From Amphiscolops sp. MND2022 (taxonomy: Eukaryota), in contig OZ076409.1 in assembly GCA_964187785.1 (NCBI GenBank), positions 66,280,001-66,344,000 of the forward strand: a DNA stretch of 64,000 bases, written 5' to 3'. Position 1 is the stretch's first letter, and each line of letters begins with the position of its first letter. The position numbers and the translations under genes were made by a program. This document shows, in pieces, positions 1 to 8,770 of this stretch. A model generated the notes under the pieces. It ran no database searches. It saw only the letters and a program-made list of their open reading frames with translations, and had not been told where the DNA came from.

Positions 1-3000
1 TTCTGAAAGTGGTTGTGAATTATGTGCATAAGCGTACATATGGACCTGAAATGCCCAATCTTTAGGTGTGTCATGTAGGAACATTCGAAGATGAGTACCA
101 AGATTTCTGTTTTGTACTTCTACAAGTCCATTTGTCCAAGGAGAATAAGCTGTTCTAGGAGAACGGCGAATTCCCATAAGTGTACAAAGATGTGCCATTT
201 CTTTGTTAACATATTCTGATCCACGATCAGTGACAAGGTATATGGGTGGTCCAAATTTAATAATCCAATGGTGTAGGAGAGTTTTGATAGCAGTCTTTGC
301 GTTGTTTGATTTGATGGGTACTGTAACAACAAAGTGACTAAAAGCGTCAATTATTACATGTATATAGGATTTGTTATGAGAAGGAGGATTAATAGGTCCT
401 TTAGTGTCCATTGAGATTCTATAGTTGAAAGATGGAGCATGTTCTGAAAATGATTGTGTAGGAGCAGTTTGGATTTTCATATTGAAGTGCTTATTACGTT
501 GACATTCAATACAGTCATGTATGAAAATGGAAAGCCATTTTTCAAGGAATGGGATATAGTAATATTGTTTGAATGTATTGTAGGTGATTTTCATACCAGT
601 GTGAGAATGTTCATGAAGTTTGTTAAAGACAGTTTTAAATAGTCGAAAAGGTAGGCATATGCGAATAGTATCTTGTACAAAATTTGGAGTAGAGGATTGA
701 TTATTAACAGTGGGGTTTGTAATGTACAGACTAATAAGATTAGTGGATTCATCAATAAAAAGTTGTGAAAATCTTTTGTAATATACATGTAGAAATGGAG
801 TACCAGTGATAAGAGGTGTTATAAATTCGGGTTTTTCATTGTTTAGTAACCAAGAATAAACAGTTCTGAGAACCGGATCTTGAGATTGTTGTTGTTGAAG
901 AGTTTTTATGTCTAATGAGTAATCATCGGGGAGGAAGAAACCTTGAAAATAGTTTTTGTACTTAAAAAATGATGTATCATAAAAAGGTATAATTTGTTGA
1001 CAGTGTGTGAGAGATGGTAAATTTGGTTGTACATTTATTGCAGAAATTAGTTTCTGTGATGTGTTGTGATTTGGTTGTTTAAGAGTAGAATATTTTCCTG
1101 TTTGTAATGTAGTATCTTGTGAGAAGGAAGAGTCAGATTTTGGAATTCTTGTGTAAATATGATCTTCGTCATCACTTGTAACATCAGTATCATTAAGTAA
1201 GAGAGATTGTTGATGAAGGGTTTTGTTGTTCTTTTTTGTAGGTGTCTTAAATTTGGTTTGAAAAGGAGTTACAGATTTGAATGAGAAAGATTGTAAGGGT
1301 TTCACAATAATGTCATTTCCTTTATCATTGATACGAATAGAGAATTGATCTGTACCATAATCAGCAAGAATTGGATGGGAGTCATGTTTTTGGTGGGGTA
1401 AAATTTCTTCATGTTTTATTAAGTAATGTACAGGTTTAAGAGTGTTATCTTGTAAAAGTGCAAAATCAATTTGTGGTGGAAGGTGTTTATGTTTTAATTG
1501 CTTAAGTTGTAATTCAGCTTTTGTGAATGAGCGACTCAACATATCGGCAACAGAGAGATTTTTTCCAGGAGTGTGAATTATTTTAAGTTTTGAAAATTTT
1601 GTCAATTGCATTTGAGCTCTATAGAAACGAGGGCTGAGATTACCTTTCTTTGTAAAACAATGTAATAAAGGTTTATGATCAGTGAAAATGTGTATTGGAT
1701 GTGGAGAACCTATGATAAGAAATTCATAGATTTGAAGTGCGTGTACTATACCAAGGAGTTCTCTATCAAGTGTGGAGAGTTTTTGTTCTTGTGGGCTAAG
1801 TATACGAGAGTTGTACGATATGACTTTCATTTTGTTTTGTTCATTTAACTGGAATAAGACAGCGCCTAATCCAATAAGGGAAGCGTCAACTGTAATGAAA
1901 AATGGATGTTTTGTATTCGGTATTGTTAATTCTGTTTCAGAAGTGAGAGACATTTTAAGTTTTTGGAATAGACTTTCGTGTTCATCTGTCCATTTCCAAG
2001 GAGTGTTTTCATGTAAAAGATCGTAAAACGGTTTGAGGTTAATATGTAGTTTTTCAATAAATTTAGTGTAAAAATTGAGTGCGCCAATGAAACTCATTAG
2101 GGCAACTTTGCCAGTTGGAGAAGGGATTTTATGAATAGCTGCAATTTTTGAATGAATTGGTTTAATTGTATTGTAACCAATTTCATGTCCAAGGAATTTG
2201 ACTTTGAGGAGCATGAAAAAGGATTTTTCAGGGGCTAGTTTAAGACTATTTTCTGTACTGATAATGTGTAATTGTTCTATGAGTTGAAACATATGTTCTT
2301 TAGAGTCGGATAAAAGTAATATATCGTCAATGTAGACAAGAGCGAAACCTTGTTCTATAAGAGTTTTAAAGAAGGTAGACATTTGTTTTGTAAAGAAATT
2401 TGGTAGTCCTTTGAGACCATAAAAGCCTCGTATGAAAGCGAAAAGTTTGTCTCCTGAAGAGAAGCTAGTAAGTTTTATAGTATCTTCGTCAAGAGGTGTA
2501 TGTGTATAGGCATACATAAGGTCAATAGCAGATTTGTACTTTTTGTTTGCGCGTGCTAGTTGTGGAGCAAGAGGTTCAAGGGGCCAAGATTCATCAGACT
2601 GTTCTGTATTGGAATTAAGATGTCGAGCGTCTAATACACATTTTATTGTATCTCCCTTGGGGATTATAATAAGAGGATTTAAATAAGTTGTGCCATAAAC
2701 GGGTTTGTCTTGAGGAGAAGAACCAATTTGTTTAATAATGTTATATTTTTCAAGTTCTTTGAGAAGTGCATTTAATTTGTCTCGATAATGAATAGGGACT
2801 TTGGAAGGACGTTGTGTCATAAGTTGAGCATTTGGTTTAAGTCGGATACGAAAGGGTGTTGAAATTTTTCCAACATCGTTTTTATGAGTTGCATAACATG
2901 TTTTATATTTGAGTAGCTTATTGCAAAGAGTAATGTATTCTGAATCTGTAATGTCAGAAAATTGAAAGTTATATTTGTTAATAAATTTCAGATTTTCAGA

Positions 3001-4206
3001 AGTATATGGAAGAGAAGGGAAAATGCGTTTTTCTGAGGTATGAGAAGTAGGTTGAACGTTGTATAGGGAAGAAGTTTGGTGTGGAATGTTGTCATTTGTC
3101 ATATAAATTTGATGTAAAGAGAATTGTGGAGGAGGGGTTGTAGGATCATCATATTGTACAATATAATTTGTTTGTGGAAGTGGTTCGGTAATATCAGGAT
3201 GATAAGTATGAGTAACATTATGTATTAAAGTATTAATGTCGTTAACTTGGAAGAATTTAGGTCTTTCATTAGTAATTGGAACTTCGATGTAGCCAATATG
3301 TCCTGTAGGTAGCGTTGCAATATGTTTTGAAGTGTTTTGAATAATAGTTGCACATATGTCTGGCTTGTCGTCTGTAAAAACTTCAATAAAATTGAAAGTT
3401 GTACGGAATTTGGTAGCAAAATAGGTATGAGGTACTGAAGGAAAGAAGTGGTTTTGTGGTGTAGTTGAAAAATGAAGATTATGATAATTTTTGATCGGAA
3501 AGTGTGCAATTTTTGAAGATTTGGGTTTTAAACGTATTTGAGTTTTTGAGTTGATTCTATAAATGTACGAGAAGTATGGATAATCTTTAGATAGAAGTGT
3601 TGTAAATTTTGCAAAATTTGGGTGTGTTTTTGATTGGTATTTAAATTCGAGTGTAAAGTCTTGTATGTTTATGTTTTGTATATTGTCTTCGAAGAATGGT
3701 GTACCAAGGATATTGTATTTAATATCAGCTACTGCGAAGGGTACTGAAAAGTATCGAGAGTTTTCGTCAATAGTGGTGTTCAGAATGATATTTGCATAAT
3801 GTAAAATAGGAACTTCAGTTTGGTTTGCAACAGTTAGTGTTTTGGAATTTCTAGTAGGTCCAACATCAGAGGTGTGATTTGGTCTGATATCGAGAAGTTT
3901 TGTAAGAGTTATGTATGTTGGGTAATTGAGTACAGAAATGGAAGCACCGCTATCGAGGAGGAATGCAATTTCTAGTCTAGATGGGTTGTCTCTTTGTATT
4001 ATACTTGATGGGGTGTGTACATATAAAGTATAAAACCAACTTGTAGGTGTGACAGCATTTGCCATTGCTGTTGGATGATACATGTGCACTTCAAATTTGA
4101 TAGGATCAGTTTGTTCCTGTTGTTGTATTACATTGATTTTATTTCTAGAATTTGAACGTGATCTGGATCTGGAAAATTGAGAGTTTCTTGGTCTAGAAGG
4201 TGGTCT
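1..4206 (-). CDS. pol: pol polyprotein (protease, RT, RNase H, integrase), open to the window edge
   Basis: Same frame as gag; absent from the ORF track, consistent with no stop before position 1. Motifs translated by hand: FLLDSGAS (DSG 3954-3946), RGFYGLKGLP (~2430-2401), ALVYIDDILL (YIDD 2334-2323), FITVDAS and HIFTDHKPL (RNase H), HEHSH...CIEC (integrase Zn finger), ISMDTKGP / LVTDRGSEY / NGLVE (DDE). First ATG at 4083. Confidence 0.92.
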
Positions 4207-7200
4207 TTATGAATTTGTGTATTTGTTAAATTTGTCATCTCTTGAATAAGAGCGTGATCTGTATCTAGGACGAGAATTTTGTCCATATGGAGATCTATAA
4301 GAAGATCTGTAAGGAGAACGGTAAGATCGAGAATCACGTTTATATGCGTCATATCTTGATCTGGAGTAATGTGGAGGAGTAGTACTTTTATCATAACGAA
4401 ATCGGTCTCTATCTCGAGATGTAGAACGGTATCGATCTTGTGAATATTTTTGGTTATAAGAATTGTCTCGTGAAGTACTTCGACTTCGATATCGATTATC
4501 ATAGTGTTTTGTTTTGTCATTTGAAGGGGAACGAAAGTACTGAACGAATGATTTTTGTGGAGATTTTGATCGAGCATATGCTTCTCGTTTATCTTGATCA
4601 TCTCGTTGTTTTTTGAAACAAGCAGAAATGGAGTGATTTGTTCTATGACAGTATGAGCAATATTTTTTATATGCAGGTTTATTTTTGTTATTTGGGTCTT
4701 TGGGTTGTGTATACATAAGTTGTTCTTGAGATGGGTGATCTAAGGTTTGAGTGTTCAATTGTTTTGTAATATTGTTTATTTCAAGTGCAAGATCATGTGT
4801 TCTAATTTTGTCGTTTGCAATATCTTCAGCGTCTACAAATTTTACCAAAGTATGAAAAGGAATCGAAGGTTCTAGAACAGTAGAGGTGTGTTTTACTTGT
4901 CTTTTGTTTGCAAAATCTTTAAGATTCTTTGGAAGTCCTTTTGTGAAGATTTCATTACATTTAAGGTTAATAGTGGATGCATTCTCATTACACCAGCCTT
5001 TTTCAACCAGTTGTTGAACTTTGAGTGCAAAATGACGTACTGTTTCATTATCTTTCTTTGTTAAGTTAAGGGCTTCAACTTGAGCATAATAAGCGTTCTT
5101 TTGTGAAGAAAATTGTTTTTTGAAAGCTTGTACAAAAGCGTGCCAATCATGTTTATAAGTGTCGTTTAAACGGATGTACCAGCTTAATGCTGTACCTGTT
5201 AAAGAGCATTGTATGAAAGCCATGCGGCGAGCGTGCCAAAATTTATATTCATGTTCTGAGGTAGGTTGTAAACCTAAAGAGAATGTAACACGTGCCTCAA
5301 TATGTTGTAAATATTCTTCAGGTGTATAGTTGTGATCGAGTCCATCAAAAGGTTTAATGGGTTCTGATATAGAAGTAGAAGAGTTAATATATGTTGGATG
5401 TGACATAGTGTTATGAGACATAGTAGATGGAGGTGTTGTATTATACGTAGGATGGTTTGAAATATTAGTTGAAGGTATAGTTGAAGTATTATGAAAGTGA
5501 GGGTTAGTTCTAATTGTTGTTGAAGGAGGATTTGATATTTGAAAGTGAGAGGTTTGTAATGTAGGAGGGATTGTATTGGATGTATGCTGGGAAGAAAGAG
5601 TGTTTAATTGGTTGTGTGTGTTATAATTTATTTGAGATTGTTGGGTATGACTTGGATTGGTACTGGTAAGATTGTATGATAATGGGTCAGTTAATATAGG
5701 TTGTAATGGAGGTCGAGACAGATGTCTGGCTGTAGTATAGTTAGAGGGCGGGTTAGAATGAATTGTGTTAATATTTAAAGTAGGCTGTGTAGTTTGTACT
5801 GGGTTAGTTTGAGCTGGAGTATAAGTAGAAGTTTGTATTTCAGAAGATGAAGGTGGAGTTGGTGTTTGGAAATGTACTGTATTATTGTTCTGTGTAATAG
5901 AGTGTGTATTTGATGAACTTGGTTGAGGAGAGACATGAGTATTTATTTGAGTTGAGAATTGGGAAGGAATAGGAGGTGGATCATAATTTCGAGGAGGTAG
6001 TATTTGTGTCTGAGAGGATTGTGTATTATTAGTATTATATGGGGATGAAACAGAAGTATTGTCGGTGATGACATTTGAAGGGTTGTCTTGATTCTGATTT
6101 GTAGTCCGTTGGATGATATTGTGGGTAGGAATTGTTATAAGATTGGAGTCTTCAGTTATTGTAAAACTTTGTGGATTTTGTACTGTTTCGTCAGAAAGTT
6201 CTGATGTATTGGGAAGTGTATGTGTTTCAGACGGATTTGGTTGTCGCGTATCAAAGATTTGTGATTGTGGTGGCTGGGGTGATTGTTCTTGAGGAGAATC
6301 AGGATTTTGAAAAAGATGAACAAGTGTTTCTTGTGTTATAGATTCTTGTTCTGATTGTTCTGATTGTTGTCTTATATATGGAGGTTCAACATTAAAGGTT
6401 TGGGTTTGAAGAGTTGTTTGATGTAAAGTATCAGATGTAATATAAGGTCTACTATCTGACGTTTCAGAATGTTCAAGTACAAAGTTGTGATCTAGGTTTA
6501 TTTGTTCAAAATGTGTAACATTTAATGAAGTAAGATCTATGTAATGTGAGTGTTTGTTTTTATTGTCTATGATGTATGGTAAGAGTTCTATATCTGTTAA
6601 TGCTTTTGGAAAGTTTGTATAAGCGTTTTGGTCTTTTTGTTCCCAGAGTAATTGGTAGTTAAATCTAAAGAATTTTAATAAGAAATGTGTAAAAATTTTG
6701 ACTTGAGGTATAGTGTCATCTGTAAGGGTAATTTTGGTGAAGAATTTGAAGTCGAAGTTCTTTATTTGTAATATATCTCGTTGTAGCCAATAATGAGGGT
6801 TACCATGTCTTTGAACTTTTGTGTCAAGATCAGGGACCTCGAAATATTCAGATAAGTGTTTTAGTTCTTGTAAATGAGAAGGACGATAAGGTGGTATGTC
6901 TTGGTGTTCATTGAATTCAATGAGTTTTTGCATATATGTGCAAAAAACATCTTGTATAGAAAGTGTAATATTCTGTGGGTGTATAGTTCTATAAAATGTT
7001 CCAGAGTTTATTCCTTTAACAGGGTTAAAAATAACTTGGAAAGGAGTTTGTGATGGTGTTATGTCAAGTGTTTTATATTGGATATAATATAAGTAGGAAT
7101 CACAATGTTCTCGTATTAATGGAATAGTGTGTAATATATGGGGTTCTGTTTCAAATGGAAGTGGGTTAGTGTATTGAAAGATAATATTTTGTAGAAAAGG

Positions 7201-7269
7201 TGTTACATATTGTATAAGAGATCGATTTTGTCTTTTATCATTAGAGACTGTAAATGGAGTGGGGAGCAT
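4207..7269 (-). CDS. gag: Gag, 1020 aa: N-terminal domain, long S/T/N/Q/P/H low-complexity linker, capsid-like region, CCHC knuckle, RS-rich tail
   Basis: ORF track. PFDGLD...YL, LTGTALSWY and ETVRHFALKV resemble retrotransposon capsid motifs; CSYCHRTNHSISAC fits Cx2Cx4Hx4C; lies directly upstream of the protease. Confidence 0.9.
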   Translation of the reverse strand: MLPTPFTVSNDKRQNRSLIQYVTPFLQNIIFQYTNPLPFETEPHILHTIPLIREHCDSYLYYIQYKTLDITPSQTPFQVIFNPVKGINSGTFYRTIHPQNITLSIQDVFCTYMQKLIEFNEHQDIPPYRPSHLQELKHLSEYFEVPDLDTKVQRHGNPHYWLQRDILQIKNFDFKFFTKITLTDDTIPQVKIFTHFLLKFFRFNYQLLWEQKDQNAYTNFPKALTDIELLPYIIDNKNKHSHYIDLTSLNVTHFEQINLDHNFVLEHSETSDSRPYITSDTLHQTTLQTQTFNVEPPYIRQQSEQSEQESITQETLVHLFQNPDSPQEQSPQPPQSQIFDTRQPNPSETHTLPNTSELSDETVQNPQSFTITEDSNLITIPTHNIIQRTTNQNQDNPSNVITDNTSVSSPYNTNNTQSSQTQILPPRNYDPPPIPSQFSTQINTHVSPQPSSSNTHSITQNNNTVHFQTPTPPSSSEIQTSTYTPAQTNPVQTTQPTLNINTIHSNPPSNYTTARHLSRPPLQPILTDPLSYNLTSTNPSHTQQSQINYNTHNQLNTLSSQHTSNTIPPTLQTSHFQISNPPSTTIRTNPHFHNTSTIPSTNISNHPTYNTTPPSTMSHNTMSHPTYINSSTSISEPIKPFDGLDHNYTPEEYLQHIEARVTFSLGLQPTSEHEYKFWHARRMAFIQCSLTGTALSWYIRLNDTYKHDWHAFVQAFKKQFSSQKNAYYAQVEALNLTKKDNETVRHFALKVQQLVEKGWCNENASTINLKCNEIFTKGLPKNLKDFANKRQVKHTSTVLEPSIPFHTLVKFVDAEDIANDKIRTHDLALEINNITKQLNTQTLDHPSQEQLMYTQPKDPNNKNKPAYKKYCSYCHRTNHSISACFKKQRDDQDKREAYARSKSPQKSFVQYFRSPSNDKTKHYDNRYRSRSTSRDNSYNQKYSQDRYRSTSRDRDRFRYDKSTTPPHYSRSRYDAYKRDSRSYRSPYRSSYRSPYGQNSRPRYRSRSYSRDDKFNKYTNS

Positions 7270-7278
7270 TATATGATA

Positions 7279-7518
7279 TTAGGTTTGATTAGTACAATAG
7301 AATTGCCATAAAGGATAGATGTATTGGAAAAGAAGATATTTTGTATTGAATTGTGAATTATATGGTATAATTTGATCTATGAAAATAACTTGTAGGAAAA
7401 TAGTAAGTACAATACTTATGAAAAGAAGAAGTGGGTTTTGTATATATTGGATAAGTATTTTGAAAGTGTGGTATATACTAAGTAGTCCAAAAAGAGGTAG
7501 TACTATACTTGTTAACAT
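7279..7518 (-). CDS. putative small hydrophobic ORF (79 aa) in the retroelement leader
   Basis: True ATG at 7518; hydrophobic runs such as PLLLFISIVLTIFLQVIFI; stop lies 9 nt before the gag ATG. Confidence 0.4.
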   Translation of the reverse strand: MLTSIVLPLFGLLSIYHTFKILIQYIQNPLLLFISIVLTIFLQVIFIDQIIPYNSQFNTKYLLFQYIYPLWQFYCTNQT

Positions 7519-7537
7519 AGAAGGAAAAGGTTGTACT

Positions 7538-7660
7538 TCAAAATTTTGGTATAAATGAAATTAAAAATTTGTCTAGAAAAAGTGCAAGACCGGCAACGAT
7601 AGCAACAAAGAACCAAAAGCAGACAATGAGCTTGACTACAATGTCTACTGAAGGCGGCAT
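7538..7660 (-). CDS. putative single-pass transmembrane micro-ORF (40 aa): MPPSVDIVVKLIVCFWFFVAIVAGLALFLDKFLISFIPKF
   Basis: Translated by hand (below the ORF-track cutoff). ATG at 7660, TGA at 7540-7538; 19-residue uncharged segment bounded by K and DK. Confidence 0.4.
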   Translation of the reverse strand: MPPSVDIVVKLIVCFWFFVAIVAGLALFLDKFLISFIPKF

Positions 7661-8343
7661 GTACAATAAAGTTCTATAAGAGTGTGTCAAAGAAGTTGTA
7701 CAAAAATTTGTTGTATATAGGTGTAGGAAAAATGAAAGTAATGTAAAGAGAGGTGTGATATATGTGTTATATATCTTAGTTGTTATGTATTTGGATCCGT
7801 AAGAGAGTTTTAAAGGAGTTTTGTATGTGGTTTGTAGTATAGAAGAGAGAATAAGAAAAGTATTATAATGATGTTATGGAAAAAGATGTGTTATATAGGT
7901 GTGCCAACTTTAAAGTTGATCCAAGCGGCTAGAACCAAAGAGATTTTTACTAGCAGGAATCGCTGGATAGCACTGTAGAAGGGCCAACACGTATCGCACG
8001 TCTGCGGTTGGAACGAAAGAAAGATAGAAGAAAAAAGCCAACACGAATTCACTCAGAGGTGGTTGGAACGGAAGATTTAACTGACAGGAATTACGTGAAG
8101 AAACGTAGTCAGAACCAAGAAGTATGACTGACAGGAATTACGTTGATGAACGCAGTCAGAACCATAGCAACACGGATCAATTTCAAGTAGAAATTGGTTG
8201 CAACGTTGAAGTTAATAACGGTATGCAATGTTGAGAGGTGGAGAGACTGTGTGTCGAACAAAGAGATATCGGATGAGAAAGTTGAGGAAAGGTGTACAAC
8301 AATTGTAGATGTGTGAAACAAATGGGAGAGAAAGAAGAATTTT

Positions 8344-8356
8344 CGTGGTCGCACCA
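8344..8356 (-). promoter_or_regulatory. primer binding site of element 1 (TGGTGCGACCACG)
   Basis: TGG-initiated, 2 nt downstream of the LTR CA end; primer tRNA not identified. Confidence 0.7.
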
Positions 8357-8358
8357 AT

Positions 8359-8770
8359 TGAGCTGTTAAAAAGTTTTGTGGTTGTTTCTTTTATACGAGT
8401 TAGAACTGACATAAGAAGTCTAAGATTTTAACAGCAGAGTCGTCTTATCTTTTATCTTATAGCTAGCTAGTTCAGAGTACAATCTATTTCTGAGATCTCA
8501 GTTCTTGAAGTGCTGGAAGAAGACTGATTGCTAGGAAGAATTCTCAATTTCTCCAAGTAGATATATTCTATTAACTAGGGTAGGTTACATCAATTAATAA
8601 TGTGACAGCAACAGGATGAAGCAGGGAAGTTTGATACAGGATCTATTAAATGAAGTTTCTTCTAGAATAATTAGTTTCTAGATTCAATTAGATTTACTAA
8701 TTTCTTCGGTTAAGAGTTCAGAGTATTTCAGATTTATAAAATCTTTGAGGACATGCATCATGGCATCACA
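8359..8770 (-). repeat. 5' LTR of element 1 (~412 bp)
   Basis: Minus strand begins TGTGATG and ends CAGCTCA next to the PBS; the partner LTR is outside the window. Confidence 0.75.

Larger units (their letters stand above)
1..8770 (-). mobile_element. Ty3/Gypsy-order LTR retrotransposon (element 1); 3' part lies outside the window
   Basis: LTR with TG...CA ends, PBS, gag with CCHC knuckle, and pol domains in PR-RT-RH-IN order. Right boundary (..tggcatcaca|attttgcc) abuts satellite sequence. Confidence 0.95.

Noticed and set aside
4128..4601. 157-aa ORF overlapping the gag end
   Set aside because: Shifted-frame reading of the RS-rich tail; gag and pol are already in frame.
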